DNA of 64,000 nucleotides from Haplodiscus bocki (GCA_965655095.1 OZ296651.1:110732001-110796000); one strand, 5' to 3'. Numbered from the stretch's first letter, positions 23,469 to 38,900 are shown. Made by a program: numbers and translations. Notes: generated by a model not told the origin, from the letters alone.

Positions 23469-26400
23469 GCGAGAACGGCGGGTTGATTTTGCTCTCGCAT
23501 GGAAGCAATCGTTGCTTCACCGAATATTCTTCTCATTGTGTCAATAAGTTTTTTGTGACGGAAAAGAAAAAAAGCCATTACACTTGTTTTGGTTCAATGG
23601 AACGTCAGCTGAATGCTTTGGAAACTGGGAAAGGAATTTAACAACGGCAGCGCTTGCATTATGGCAAATCTGACACTCTTTACGCGCACGAGTGACTAAG
23701 GGAGTTGCTGGAAACTTTCAACTACAACATATTTTCTTTGTGTCGACAAGAGCATTTCTATACTGAAAGAGGAGAACATAGAGAATCTAAAGATATTTTC
23801 ATTCAATGGAAATTAAGCTGAAGCTTGTGGAAACGCGGAAAAGAAAAGGTCACCGCCTTAGTTGGCAAAACGGCCAATCGGGCACCGTGTACGCGCAGGA
23901 GGGTTTCAGTGAGTTAGTGGAAACTTTCAGGAGGCTTGGAACGTGAAACGGACGTTGAGTACCCAGTACCACTGGTCTGGCGGATCCAAAAAAGATGGCA
24001 CTTCCAGTGCAACATTTCTCTCCAATTAGATGTCCTGAAAAGGCCTTCTTTTTTCGAAGAACGGCTGTCGAACTAACTAAAGTGCATGAGAACCCTACCA
24101 AAGATTCATTTTCATCACTTGCACTAGCAAGTGATGAAAATGAAAACCATTTTACCTACCTTGAGTCCAGTAAAAAGAAAAGGGGTAGGCACCAATTGGT
24201 CCTGTTCGTAGAAGAATTGTTGCTTGTTGTCGCGTGTAAAAAGAGGTAACGAAAAAGACTGCGTTGCACCTACCATCCCTTGAACGTTGCCAAACAGAGA
24301 AGTTTGAAATTTGAAATTTTTTGGAAAGAAGTACCTGTGCTTTTGGCAACAAATCAAAGTAAATCAATGATAACATTCCGAACAAAAATTGGAACCGGAA
24401 ATAGGAATAGTGCAGGCAGTGTTTTTAGAAAGCAAATAAGGTTTTTTCCGTTCTCCATGATGAAACGATACGAATTCATGGAATTGAAGTTTCAGGGAAA
24501 GCATAAGAATGTATATATGCATCAAGTAGAGCATGGAAAAAATTATCTGTCAGTTTATAGTGCCATCAATCAGGCTGTCGTAATTCTGAAAGCGGTTTTT
24601 GGTATCAAACAAATGAGCTAGTGGAAGAAGTTATCTTTACGGAAGAAAGAAATTGACAGAAATCTGGCTTTCCGCTCGATTGGCTTTTAGTTGCAGCCTC
24701 ACATGAAACGATGAGACGTCTACTTTTGTTTTCAAATGCTTGGGAAGCAAATTATGGAAGCGCACTCTCGGCATCTTCGACACGGTTCATATATGAAAAA
24801 ATGCCCCTCCACGATTGAGACTATTCCGTCTACCAATAGGAAGAACAATTAGAGGTCAGGAAACCAACAAATCAATTTATAGCTTCAATGTTTATCCTAA
24901 TATTGGTAGATAACTGCAAATTGACAGGCACTAGGTCGTCTTTCCTATTTTCGGCCTTCAAACAAGGCTATGCTTCTCACAGCAACAGTACATGTCATAA
25001 AGTTTTCGAAGAAAAAAAATCTTTTTTTTGAATTCTTATCTTTTTTCTGTGTAACAATGAAATTTGTAAAGAACTTACCTACGTCAACAGGTAAGTGAGG
25101 GGATGGAGAAGGTGATGTGCTCTCGAAATTTTAAATGGCATACTTTTTCAAGATCTTCGAGACCTTTTGTAGAAAAAAACGTAGCACAGAAACTCCAAGT
25201 TGAAAAATCGGCAATTGGGCGAAAAATTCAGAAGACTATGTCAAATCCAGAGTCACTTCTGATTGTATGTTACCATGGAAAATTGATTGCAACGTTTTCA
25301 TTTCGCCTCGAAATATTCTTGGCTCGCGAGCACTGAAAATTTTGTCAACTCAAGTGCGATTGGAAAAAAACTAATTGAAAAAAATCATTATTTTTTTTCG
25401 GCACAGTGAGATATACAACTTTGAATGAAGGGTAAGGAAACTACCGAAAAACCTTTTTCCAATGAAGCTGCTTGAAACGATAGCCATTGTTGTACGAATT
25501 ACCGCGAAAAAAAAATTTTTGGGCAAAACCGATCCTTTTCGCCACTTTGAGACTACCCCGGTGGCATCATATGGAGCAAGGGTGGGTTTTCTTGGAGTCA
25601 CCGGGAGCTTTGAGATAAAGTTGTTTTCATGGTCTGGACTTGTAGGAGCCTTCCTTCAGGCTGAAAACGGGCGATTTGTAACGGTCATGCGTATCGCCAA
25701 CACAAAATATGACTTTCGGCACTGTGAGTCTTCCCGGGGGTTGAGAAACCTGTATCACCGAACTTCAGTAAATGAGTACTAACTACAACGACAGGCACTA
25801 GGGCGTCTTTCCTATTGTTCAACTTCAAACAAGACTACGCTTTCCTCAGCAACAGTATTTGTCATAAAGTTTTCGATGAATGAAAATCTCATTTTTTATT
25901 GTGTTTTTTTTCTATGTAGCAATGAAATTTGTAAAGAACTTACTTACGTCAACAGGTAAATGAGGTCATGGAGAAAGCAATGTTCCCTTGAGTGTATAAA
26001 GAGCTTGGTGTGCTTTTCTACAGATCTGCGAGCCCTTTTGTCGAAAAAAAATTCGCACAGAAACTCTAAAACTCTAAGTTGAAAAAATCGGCATGCAGAT
26101 TAAAAATTCGGAAGACTATCTCAAATCCACTGTCACTTGTGCTTTGTACTACCCTTGAAAAGTACGCTGCAACGTTTAGATTTTGCCTTGAAACTATGTT
26201 GGTTCCCGATCCCTGAAAAAAAATACTTTTTCAGTAGAATTGGGAAGAAAACTAATTGAAAAAACTCAAAAAACAAATTTTCGGCACTGTGAGACATAAA
26301 TGTTTGCTGAAAGCTATCGAAAACGTCGAAAAACTATTTCCCAATGACATTGCTTGAAACTACAGCCCTCGATGTTTGAATTGACTCGAACTCATTTTTT

Positions 26401-27034
26401 GGACCAAATCTACTTTTTTCGGCACTGTGAGACTACCCCGGGGGCAACTTATGAGGGAATAGGGGGTGTTTTTGGATTCAACAGGAGCTAAGGAACAAAG
26501 TTGTACTCATGGTCTGAATACGTAGGAGTCTTCCTTCGGGCTGAAAATGAGCGATTTGTAACGGTGATGCGTATCACCAACACAAAATATCATTTTCGGC
26601 ACTGTGAGACTGCCCCGCGGGGTGCGAGACCTGCATCACCGAACTTCACTCAGTGAGTACTTACTACAAGTATATAGGCTTGGAAGCCGTAATGCCAATC
26701 CCTGAGGAGATATTACAGATTTTGTTCAAAGTGACTAAGTCAGTGACTAAGTCAATAATATTGAGTCTCACAGCGCCGAAAATCTCAACACAGAGGGCCG
26801 ATAGAAAAAAATTTCAGCAGAAAAAAGTTCTTAACTTCCGAAAATATTGCCGCATGCAAAAAACCAGGCAAATCGTATGGTTCAGTTTCGAGATCGTATT
26901 TGGGAGCCCCTATTTCTATAACTACGCTCAGAAAGCTTTACCGATAGAGGCGGGAATGGGAACCCTACCCTTCCCGCCGAAAAGGACGGGCCACCAACGC
27001 CCCGCGCACCTAGCGGTCGAAGCTATTTCGAACG
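23469..27034. mobile_element. Type A unit 4 (~3.57 kb)
   Basis: Colinear with A2 and A5. Confidence 0.75.
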
Positions 27035-30000
27035 GCGAGAACGGCGGGTTGATTTTGCTCTCGCATGGAAGCTATCGTTGCTTCACCGAATAATCTTCTC
27101 ATTGTGTCAATAAGTTTTTTTGTGACGGAAAAAAAAAATAAAAGCCATTACACTTGTTTTGGTTCATTGGAACGTCAGCTGAATGTTTTGGAAACTGGGA
27201 AAGGAATTTAACAACGGCAGCGCTTGCATTATGGCAAATCTGACACTCTTTACGCGCACGAGTGACTAAGGGAGTTACTCGAAACTCTCAACTGCAGCAT
27301 ATTTTCTTTGTGTCGACAAGAGCATTTCTATACTGAAAGAGGAGAAAATAGAGCATCTAAAGATATTTTCATTCAATGGAAATTAAGCTGAAGCTTGTGG
27401 AAACGCGGAAAAGAAAATGTCACCGCCTTAGTTGGCAAAACGGCCAATCGGGCACCGTGTACGCGCAGGAGGGTTTCAGTGAGTTAGTGGAAACTTTCAG
27501 GAGGCTTGGAACGTGAAACGGACGATGAGTACCCAGTACCAGTGGTCTGGCGAATCCAAAAAAGATGGCACTTCCAGTGCAACATTTCTCTCCAAGTACA
27601 TGTCCTGAAAAAGCCTTCTTTTTTCGAAGAACGGCTGTCGAACTAACTAAAGGCATGAGAACCCTACCAAAGATTCATTTTCATCACTTGCATTAGCAAG
27701 TGATGAAAATGAAAACCATTTTACCTACCTTGAGTCCAATAAAATGAAAAAGGGTAGGCACCAATTGGTCTTGTTCGTAGAGGACTTGTTGCTTGTTGTC
27801 GCGTGTAAAAAAAAGGTAACGAAAAAGACTGTGTTGCACCTACCATCCCTTGAACGTTGCCCAAAAGAGTAGTTTGAAATTTGAAAATTTTTGGAAAGAA
27901 GTACCTGTGCTTTTGGCAACAAATCAAAGTAAATCAATGAGAACATTCCGAACAAAAATTAGAACCGGAAATAGGAATAATGCAGGCAGTGTTTTTAGAA
28001 AGCAAACAATGTTTTTTCCGTTCTCCATGATGAAACGATACGAATTCATGGAATTGAAGTTTCAGGGAAAGCATAAGAATGTATATATGCATCAAGTAGA
28101 GCATGGAAAAAAATATCTGTCAGTTTATAGTGCTATCAATCAGGCTGTCGTAATTTTGAAAACGGTATTTGGTATCAAACAAATGGGCTAGTGGAAGAAG
28201 TTATCTTTACGGAAGAAAGAAATTGACAGAAATCTGGCGTTCGCTCGATTGGCTATTAGCTGCAGCCTCACATGAAACGATGAGACTTCTACTTTTATTT
28301 TCGAATGCTTGGGAAGCAAATTAAGGAAGCGCACTCTCGGCATCTTCGACACGGTTCATGTAGGAAAAAATGCCTCTCCACGATTGACACTATTCCGTCT
28401 ACCAAAAGGAAGAACAATTAGAAGTCAGGAAACCAACAAATCAATTTATAGCTTCATTGTTTATCCTAATATTGGTATATAACTGCAAGATGACGGGAAC
28501 TAGGTCGTCTTTCCTATTTTCGGCCTTCAAACAAGGCTATGCTTCTCACAGCAACAGTATTTGTCATAAAGTTTTCGAAGAAAAAAATTTTTTTTTGAAA
28601 TCTTATCCTTTTTCTGTGTAATAATGAAATTTGTAATGAACTTACCTACGTCAACAGGTAAATGAGGTGATGGAGAAGGTGATGTGCCCTCGAAATTTCA
28701 AATAGCATACTTTTTCAAGATCTTCGAGACCTTTTTTAGAAAAAAACGTAGCACAGAATCTCCAAGTTGAAAAAATCGGCGTGTGGGCGAAAAATTCAGA
28801 AGACTATGTCAAATCCAGAGTCACTTCTGATTATATGTTACCATGGAAATTTGATTGCAACGTTTTCATTTCGCCTCGAAACATTCTTGGCTCGCGAGCA
28901 CTGAAAATTTTGTCAACTCAAGTGCGATTGGAAAAAAACTAATTGAAAAAAATCATTATTTTTTTTCGGCACAGTGAGATATACAACTTTGAATGAAGGG
29001 TAAGGAAACTACCGAAAAAAATTTTTCCAATCAAGCTGCTTGAAACGATAGTCATGGTTGTACAAATTATCGCGAAAAAAAATTTTGGGCAAAACCGATC
29101 CTTTTCGCCAATGTGAGACTATCCCGGTGGCATCATATGGAGCAAGGGTGGGTTTTTTTGGAGTCACCGGGAGCTTTGAGATAAAGTTGTTTTCATGGTC
29201 TGGACTTGTAGGAGCCTTCCTTCAGGCTGAGAACGGGCGATTTGTAATGGTAATGCGTATCGCCAACAAAAAAAATCACTTTCGGCACTGTGAGACTTCC
29301 CCGCGGGGTAGGAAACTTTTATCACCGAACTTCACTTAATGAGTAGTTACTACAACGACAGGCACTAGGGCGTTTTTCCTATGGTTCAACTTCAAACAAG
29401 ACTACGCTTTTCTCAGCAACAGTATTTGTCATAAAGTTTTCGATGAATAAAAATCTCTTTTTTTGAAATGTTATCTTTTTTCTATGTAACAATGAAATTT
29501 GTAAAGAACTTACTTACGTCAACAGGTAAATGAGGTCATGGAGAAGGCAATGTTCCCTTGAGTGTTTAAAGAGCTTGGTGTGCTTTTCTACAGATCTGCG
29601 AGCCCTTTTGTCGAAAAAAAATTCGCACAGAAACTCTAAAACTCTAAATTGAAAAAATCGGCATGCAGATTAAAAATTCGGAAGACTATCTCAAACCCAC
29701 TGTCACTTGTGCTTTGTACTACCCTTAAAATGTACGCTGCAACGTTTAGATTTTGCCTTGAAACTATGTTGGTTCCCGATCCCTGAAAAAAAATACTTTT
29801 TTAGTAGAATTGGGAAGAAAACTAATTGAAAAAACTCGAGAAACAAATTTTCGGCACTGTGAGACATAAATGTCTGCTGAAAGCTATTGAAAACGTCGAA
29901 AAACTATTTCCCAATGACATTGCTTGAAACTACAGCCCTCGATGTTTGAATTGACTCGAACTCATTTTTCGGACCAAATCCACTTTTTTCGGCACTGTGA

Positions 30001-30604
30001 GACTACCCCGGGGCAACTTATGAGGTAATAGGGGGTGTTTTTGGAGTCAACAGCAGCTAAGGAACAAAGTTGTACTCATGGTCTGAAAACGTAGGAGTCT
30101 TCCTTCAGGCTGAAAATGGGCGATTTGTAACGGTGATGCGTATCACCAACACAAAATATCTTTTTCGGCCCTGTGAGACTGCCCCGCGGGGTGCGAAACC
30201 TGCATCACCGAACTTCACTCAGTGAGTACTTACTACAAGTATATAGGCTTGGAAGCCGTAATACCAATCCCTGAGGAGATATTAGACATTTTGTTCAAAG
30301 TGACTAAGTCAGTGACTAAGTCATTAATATTGGGTCTCACAGTGCCGAAAATCTCAACATAGATGTCCGATAGAAAAAAAATTCAGCAGAAAAAAGTTCT
30401 TATCTTCCAAAAATAAGGCCGCATGCAAAAAATCAGGCAAATCGTATGGTTCAGTTTTGAGATCGTAATTGGGAGCTCCTAATTTTATAACTCCGTCCAG
30501 AAAGCTTTACTGATAGAGGCGGGAACGGGAACCCTACCCTTCCCGCCGAAAAAGACGGGCCACAAAACGCCCCGCGCACCTAGCGGTCGAAGCTATTTCG
30601 AATG
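27035..30604. mobile_element. Type A unit 5 (~3.57 kb)
   Basis: Very similar to A4 and shares its diagnostic variants. Confidence 0.75.
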
Positions 30605-31585
30605 ACAAGGTCTGCATATTTTCTTACTTTTAGTGTCTGTCTGTTGTTCCTCGCTTCGTTTTATTTCCCTACCGATAATATTTTCTTTCACGACTTTCAT
30701 CAAAAACGCTCAACTCTTGTCTCTTATAAGTGTAGGTTTGCTCCTTGACACTTAATCCAAAAGACAGGAGCCTCCGAGCACAACTTTGGCAACTTATGGT
30801 TTCTCGAATGTTTGGATTTCTTTGGAAGAAAAGATTTTTCATGGATCACTTTCTGTTTTTTTTGTAGTTCCATACACGATTCATTTACAATGAAGAGTGC
30901 TTAAAATAGCTTGGGTTTAAGTGCACTATATCACACATTGATGTAATTGCCTATTATGATTTTTGCAATACCTTTCGCTAAATGTATCGTAAAAAACTTT
31001 CAGGTTTCTTGGTATTTCAATATGTGAAACATACTTTCAGGTTCAAATTTTTGTTTGTAGATAGAAGAGAATGTTGGAGCTCAAAGAAATTAATTTACCT
31101 CAGACATCTCAGGAAAAAGCAATCAAAACACAGCAATAATTCATGAACAATAAGACAAAAAGAACACACTTAGCTGTACTTAGCTCACAGACGTTTTTAA
31201 TACAAACATGGTTTTAAAACAAAAAGAACACTGTTGCAAGTAAGTAAAACTGCTTTGAAATGTGTATAAGAAGCGAAAACTTTGTGGCTCATGTTTTTTG
31301 TATCTCTCATGTTAACATTTTGCTAAAAGGTTTGGGATTGAAACTTTTCACTAACGTGGGTTTTTGTATTTCCGAATAACATTCCAGGGATATCAGTACA
31401 TGTCTTCTGTATTAGAGTAAAAATAGGGAGGACGACTAAGATACAAAAATTTGTCTTCTAGGGTCGAGCACGTTGCAGTCACCTCAGACATTTCATAAAA
31501 CTAAACAAAACAAACTAATTGGTTTGATTGATACGATGCTCTATCATTCTGGCCATGGCTCGCCTTCATATTTTCCCAACCTGCT

Positions 31586-32572
31586 TCAAACATTGCCATC
31601 ATGGCCATACATTAAAGCATTTTGAGCAGCAGAAAACGGTGTGACGGGCTCTATTGAGGAAATGTGGTATGCGAAAGTCCCACTCGCTACGCCCTCCTCA
31701 TCCATTGCCGGTTTGAACCAGCCCGTTATACGAAATCCCTGATTAGCCGCAACATTATTCGCCAATTCAATCACTTCATCCTCCATATCGAACGTATCCA
31801 AATTATCCGAAGACAACTGTTCTGTTCTTTTATTGGTATGAACCAAATTCTTTGTGAGAGCCATGGATGTAAACTCCACTGCCTTTTCACCAGTTACGCG
31901 CTCACCCAATTCACTGCAAACAATCTTGAATGTCAGTGCCCAATGCTTTTTACTCTCCGCTAAAATGCAAGGACAGGGGTTATTTCCCTGGGCGTCGCAT
32001 AATTTTCCATTGCACACATTGTCTTTAGGCATAGCTTGAAGTATGCGGAAATTTGATGGAATGAAATCAAAGAACACGTAATTAGGGATATTGATATCAG
32101 TGGGGGGAGGTTTGTGTACATTTCCCCTTCCAGTAGGAACAACAGGGTCACCAAACTGAATCAAAGGATTTTGTGTTGTTTTCAGGTACCCAATTACTTT
32201 AGGGCTGAGTACCCAAACGGGGCAACCTGGCGCAAGATGCTGACTATAGCACAGTATTCTTCTTGACTCCATTGATGTTTGCGTGAAAGTTAGCAGGACA
32301 TGATTTGTCCCTTCCACACCTAGTACGATAAACCTATCATAGTTGTTAACTTCCTGGTATCTCGATTTGAAAGTGTTTTTTGCAGGTTTATAGTAATTGA
32401 TTTTTTTCAAACCTGGTGTTGCATAAAGGAAAACACACTTCAGCTTATAACGTGAAGGCAATTCATATTCATCACTTATGATTTGATTATACTGTTTTGT
32501 TTCGAATTTTTCATTGACAATCATTTGAACCTCATTCAGGGGCTTTTCGAGCTTGATGTAACCTGCAGGCAT
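31586..32572 (-). CDS. 328-aa orphan protein, copy 2
   Basis: Intact ORF nearly identical to 8728-9711. Confidence 0.85.
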   Translation of the reverse strand: MPAGYIKLEKPLNEVQMIVNEKFETKQYNQIISDEYELPSRYKLKCVFLYATPGLKKINYYKPAKNTFKSRYQEVNNYDRFIVLGVEGTNHVLLTFTQTSMESRRILCYSQHLAPGCPVWVLSPKVIGYLKTTQNPLIQFGDPVVPTGRGNVHKPPPTDINIPNYVFFDFIPSNFRILQAMPKDNVCNGKLCDAQGNNPCPCILAESKKHWALTFKIVCSELGERVTGEKAVEFTSMALTKNLVHTNKRTEQLSSDNLDTFDMEDEVIELANNVAANQGFRITGWFKPAMDEEGVASGTFAYHISSIEPVTPFSAAQNALMYGHDGNV

Positions 32573-32957
32573 TGTGCACTGAAAAAAAGGCGGAGTTTTT
32601 GTTTAAAACTGGTAATACTACAAAAATTGATAGCTGGATGCATTTTTAAAAGGCATAGCCAAAACAATTGTCATTAATACTTATTGCGACTTTGAAATTG
32701 CAGCTCCGCAAAAGAAAACACTAGACTATGTCGAAAAATGCTTGAGCCGTTCGAAAATACTAAGAACTAATACGCAAAATGGTTACTTTTCAGGTGTAAA
32801 CAGAACTTTGGAACAAAAAACGAAAAATGACATATCCATTACAAGATAAATGCAGATAAGGGAAAAAATCAGGAGAACGCTCGCATCGGGCACGTAAAAC
32901 GTCCCCGCTGACTCGCTAGAAAAAGTAACAAAGTAAAATTTAATTGTAAAGCAATGA

Positions 32958-35900
32958 TCATGAAATAACAGTTCCGCAACAACAAAAGACTAAATTACCA
33001 AATTGATTGGAAATGCATAAAGTTCGAAATTCATCAACAAGGGTGTCAATTCTTAAATCAAAAAACAACAGTCGGTGCAAAGAGGTCTCCATAAGCAACC
33101 TATCACTGTCATTTTGAAAATTATAACAGAATGCGGCCAGTGACCATGGTCTGCGATGAAGTGGTAAAGTAAAATTGCCTCCGTAACCACTGTTATGTTC
33201 ATGGAGACGTGTGAGAACACTTCTTTTCGTTTGACCAGCATAGGTAGTTTTCAAGGTTTTGTCTTTCAAGCTCACCAGAACATATACGAAACCGAGAATC
33301 ACTTCAGGAATTTCAACACGAATTAGGCGGAAATATATTTCTGGTAAATTCAGAGCTGTAGGAGCTGTGCTCATTGTTTGAAGATTCATCAATCTTTTAG
33401 TTACTTCAATTTCATGAGGGGTTGTTTTTAACAAAATAGCTCTGATCGCTCGACAGGTGTCATCACTGCAGTTAGAAAAAGGCTTTTCCTTAGTTCTTCA
33501 ATTGTTGCAAGAATTAATTTCTGGATGAACAAATGAATTTCACCTAATTACACCTCATATACAATTGGATCCCCTAAGGAAAAGCCTTACATTTCGCCAA
33601 CAAAGATAATGTTTTTCAATTCTCTGACACGACTGACAATAACATAAAGCTGCGAAGCCATCCAAAGTGCAAACTTCCGTTCCTGAATGGAAACTTGAGT
33701 TGCTAACTTTGGAAAAGTATCTCCCATTAACTTATGGCATGTGAGAGCAACGTAATTTGTTAAAGGAAATTGAATTCTCCGAACAGATGATGCTTTCATT
33801 TTGTAAATAAAACCAGTACTTTTGTAAACTCTTGTCGTCGGCCAATTTAAAAACAACTGTTGGCTAAACAAATTTGGGGTAGCTATGGAATCAATTTCAG
33901 GTGACACGTAAACCAGTATATAGATGTGTCACTGGGCGACGGTAATTCTGCCACAATACATAATTGTCCCTGTGTCAGAGTTTCAGTGTTTATTGTCAAC
34001 CTGACAACAGAATGCTTTTTCAAAACTAATTTCGCGGGTTCCCTACATTCACGGTCTAAATAATATACAGCTTGAGGCGTTGCGGGAACCCGGTAGTTGC
34101 TTGTACTTGTGAACATTCCATCTTGAGATAAAAACTCAACAAAAGGGTCGTTGGAGGCTGTCACCGAACTTTGATAGGCTGCGATTGCTTCTCTTTCTGC
34201 TTCTTTTTTGTCGAAAACTTTCATCACGGATGTATCGGCCAATGAATCCCATGATGGGATGAAAGAACAGATTGTACGTATTATTTCTCTGATGGTATCT
34301 ATATCCCGCGTGGGTATTGGCTTTTGCGACATTAAATCCGAAAGCTGCTGCCCCACTGGGTCTATCATTCTAACTAAACTGGTCAAAAAATGAGTTTGAA
34401 AGCAAAATAAAATCTTGGGTGACAGAAAAACATCTGAACCTTCAATGGCTGGTAGTTGATTGGTGTCTCCGTTACCTACGACCATTACACCGCCGAACAT
34501 GCACGTATTTTCTCGAACATTCTGAAGAATGAGATTAATAGTGGATAACAGTTCACCATTGAGAAGTCCAATTTCTTCAATTACCAGAACGTCCAAAGAT
34601 AGGAGCAAAGCTTTCTGCTCCGGATGGTAATGTAGCTTCCTCATTGCTCTTTCCGTTGCTGTGTTGGGATCTAACTTCTTGTTGACCCCGATGCAGAACA
34701 ACCGGTGTATATGTAAACAATTGAAATGAGACGCTCGACGAGCGGCTAAACTGGTAACATAACATTGAAGTCCATTCATCATGGCATAGAGCAAACAGAT
34801 GCTTGTTAGGTGACTTTTTCCAGATCCTGGTCTACCAAGGACAAGTTGGTTCCTAATTGACTCATGTGATTGCAGAACTTGATCAACAGCTGCAAAAGTC
34901 TTGTTAGAACAACCTGTTGTTGACGGTGTGATGCTAGTGATTGATGATTTGGTTTAATAATTGCTGGGTGCCAATGTGTTGTTGGGTTTTGAGTTATTGT
35001 ATTCGGAACGTTGGTGACATTTTGTGGTTGTAAACGTTGAAAAAGACGTTCTTGCGTCTCCTGCAGAAAAGCCATTAAAATTCTTTCTGTCTGCTCTGTC
35101 AAATGGCTCATTAGAACTGGCGGAAAACAGTTGCTGGCAACGCTGTCGCTCAAAACAAGATCTTGAAATGCTTCGGCTGCAAAAACCAAACGCGAAGAGA
35201 AGGAAACGTTGCCACCTGGAATGTAAATTAACTGTTCTAAAATATAACGTTTAAGAAGATGATGGCTATCAGTTATATCATATTGTGCTTTTTGTGGAAG
35301 AATTCCAGCAGTCACGAAACAACTCCTCAGGCTACTAGAAGAATACAAATCGAGTTCCGTCTCGAAAGAACCCATAGTGTATAGTAGATGAAGTAGGAAC
35401 TTAAAATGGTTTTTCGGATAAACTTTGGAAAAGACGATTTCTGCTGGACCTGTTGACAGCATCGTACTGTCTGCCACGTATATTTCTCGGAAGTTTGTTT
35501 TGTTCAAATTTCTCAACACTTTATCGAACTCAGCGACACGCGGATCGTTAAAATCTGTGAACTGTGTGAACCATATTTGTATTTCATGCAAGGCTGAAGA
35601 TCTCAATTTAATTTTCGAATTAGTTCCATCTAACCATGGTCTTGGAACGAGTGATAAAGTTGGAATGACTTTGTTGGAGTGAATGCGTTTCTTGTCTCTC
35701 ACGAAAAAAGCGAAGTAATCTTTGAGCTTACGAACAAATAGTAATTCGGGTGGACGGATTGAGAAAATAGTGACTTTATCGGTGGAGAAATTGGACTGCG
35801 AAGCATCTAGTATCTGCGTTTTTTGACGATTTGTGAAGCAATTATGCTGCGGGAACAACAAAAATTCACGTTCACTCAGGGAATTTCCGTCACTGCCACT

Positions 35901-38900
35901 GGACAGAACATACGAACGGGGTTTCCTGTAGCCTTTTCCTCCACGGTTCTCCAAAGATATCATGGAGTGTGAATGAATTCAATGTTTGTAATAACCAATG
36001 GTAGCTTCAGTAACAACCAAAGGTATTCAGTTTGAGAAACATTCAAAGCTGAGATTGCTGACGTCTGTCTTTCCTGTTGTAGAGACTTATTATTCTGGAT
36101 TTGAGCTCGCGTGGCTTTCAAATTTTGCAGCTCCTTTTGCTGTATCCGAAAAGAATTGTCTGCTGTTCCTGCTTTCTTTTGAGCACTACCATGTTCTTCT
36201 TTTCCGGCAGCATACTTGTTTAAATACTTGGAAGCAAAATTTCTGGTGATAATTTGAACATTGCTGCTGGATTTGGTCAGAGCAAATAACTTGGGAGAAG
36301 TAGGCATAATTTGAGAACCTTTGTCAGCAGCATATGAGACTTTTTCACACTTCAATTGTTCTCTTACTTCGTAATTCCAGTCGTCAATGAAACGAATTAG
36401 GTTCAGCTGTGCCAAAATTTGCGCGGCCTCAGCTGAATAGGTTTGCGGTATTTCTTTCAGCCACAAAGAATTGGAGGGGGCATATGGCTGAAAGCGACAA
36501 ATTTTTTTCCAGTTGAATCTGTTTTCTTGAGACAGCGACCCGACGTGTTTTCGCAATTGTGACTCTGAATTTTAAAGCAAAGGTCGATGATGTCATTAAA
36601 CTCTTCAACGGTGTCGATCAAGTGCATCTCGGAATTGAAAAGTTTTTCAAACGCGTCAATGAAATGTTTTCGTGTAGATTCCATTAGTGATTCAATTTCA
36701 TGTCTTTCGTTTTTCAACCATAGTAAAAAGTGGTAATGGGGAAAATTAGCCGCCAACGACTGAAACTCGGCGCGTCCCCAAAGTTTTATGACATTGCCCA
36801 GAAGTTTCTCGTCTGAATTAAGCAGATAATCAACCAGCTCATTAACGGTATTGTTCCACATTTGCAACAAGATTGGCATGTACAACCTGAACGCAGCTTT
36901 GTAAAGTTCAGAACCTTTGTCTGGGAACATTTCCTCGATGGCGTTGAATAACGGTGCAATTCCAAAATGTTTCTTGTCATTGACCGTATTTGTGAGAAAA
37001 ATTGCAGGTGTTTCGGTTTTGATTGCTTTAGCAAGTTCGGAAACGTTTTTTTCAGAGTCCAACAAGGAGAAATTGATTGACTGAGGAAGAGAGTGCAATT
37101 GTTTGCCTTTAATTTCAATGTTATGCACACCTCGTTTGAAAAAATCTGAAGTGAAACTACTTTGTAAACTAACATTGAGCAGCACGTCAGTGAGATAAAA
37201 CAAATATTTGCTGTTACAAGAGACCGGTAGTTCAATATTGTTCACACGGGTGAGAACGTGTTGGTGGAAGCTAGCGAATCCATAATGATTATTCTTTTGC
37301 TCGTCGTCGTACAAAAAGTACGGCAAAGCTCCAGTAAAAGCTCCGTCCGATTCTTGATTGAAAAACACACTGGGACAAAAAAGCGATTCAGTTTGAATTA
37401 AAGAAAGAACGTCACCCTGATTGGCGGCCGCAAAGTTCTGAAAAAACCGCAAGTACTTTTTTGACATGACTATAGGGCTATCGAATCGCCTACACACATT
37501 GAGAGCTCCATTAAGGAGCAAATGAAATGCTGCCATTTTGTTCTCAGTTTCGAGCTATGGCAAAATGTTTGTGGCTTCCATTTCCCCGCACTGGGTATTC
37601 ACGGCACCTGTCTCCCCGATGCCGACAAAAATGACGAGAGACAGAGAATCATTCGAAACGCTTACATTTGAAGACGAAGGAGGTTTGTCCATTGATGAGG
37701 TTGCTGAAATATTTGATTCCATCTCTGAGTCAATCGAAATATTTGAAGGTGAAGGCGAAGTGGCTCCGACGACAAAAAAATCGAATCGTTCAGAATATTC
37801 CCGGAAATGATTAGAGCAAATTGAAACTCCACAAAATTCAGCTGGACAACGCCACGCAGATGTCCGTGAACAGTTAGCAACTGAACACCTGAAAACTGAC
37901 GATTGTATGTCGACAGACAAATACATTTTGTGTGTGGAACAAGTGCAAACATCTTGACGTCCAAAAAAAGCCAAACTTCCGGTACGAGTAACAGAATTAT
38001 AGTTGTTTGACACATATAACAGAATGTTCCATGATCTGTGCAGACCTTCAAGCATTCCCGTTGAGTTACATTTGGTAGAAGTAAAATCAGGCAAAGAAAC
38101 TGACCACCAATCTGGTAAGTGAATACCGTAACGAAAAAAAAAGAAATTTTCTCCCTCACCAAAAAGCGAAACTAAATGAAATGTGGTTGAATGCACTGTA
38201 AGTATAAAGGCAGGAGGATTCAACCTCGACGGGAGTTGGCTGCAAACGATTACAAAACATTGAAAGTCAAAATCTTCCGCTATATCAAACAAATCTATCA
38301 TTTGGTGTGGAATTACTAACTGCCGAAAAGGAACGTAGAAAGAAGCACAAAGAGGCATTGTCTCGAAAGCTTGATGAATCGCAGAAGTGGCAGTTGACAC
38401 GGAAAAATACAAATGGAGGTGTTGCTGCAACAAGGATATAGCTCTATTTATCGTTTTTGCAGTTTTCTGTTTGTTGTTACCCAATTGATGTAATTTAAAA
38501 ATGTATTGAGACCAGTTACAAACGTTTAGAAGGATGTGACCAAATAATTCCAGATTTTGGTGCCAAAAAACAAGCAGACTTGCACTTCGCGAAACAGTAT
38601 ACAGCAGTTTGGGACAACCCAGGGGTTCCGCGCCATGTCTTCGGTCGTGATGAACGAAGAGGAGACACGGTGGTACACAAACTTTGCCGGCAGTATGGCA
38701 ATCCAAATAAAGCTTAACGCTACTCAACGAAAACATTGTCAGGTAAGTTCCTGAAGACAGATGCTGCTCAAAAGAAACTTCGTCGACGAACAGCTGGAAG
38801 TTTGCAATGAAAGATCGCATGTTCTCAACAATTTCATTCTGATTCGTGAGACGAGTGAGGAAATTTCTTATGTCCCTGCGGTGGTCATAGACTAGCGATT

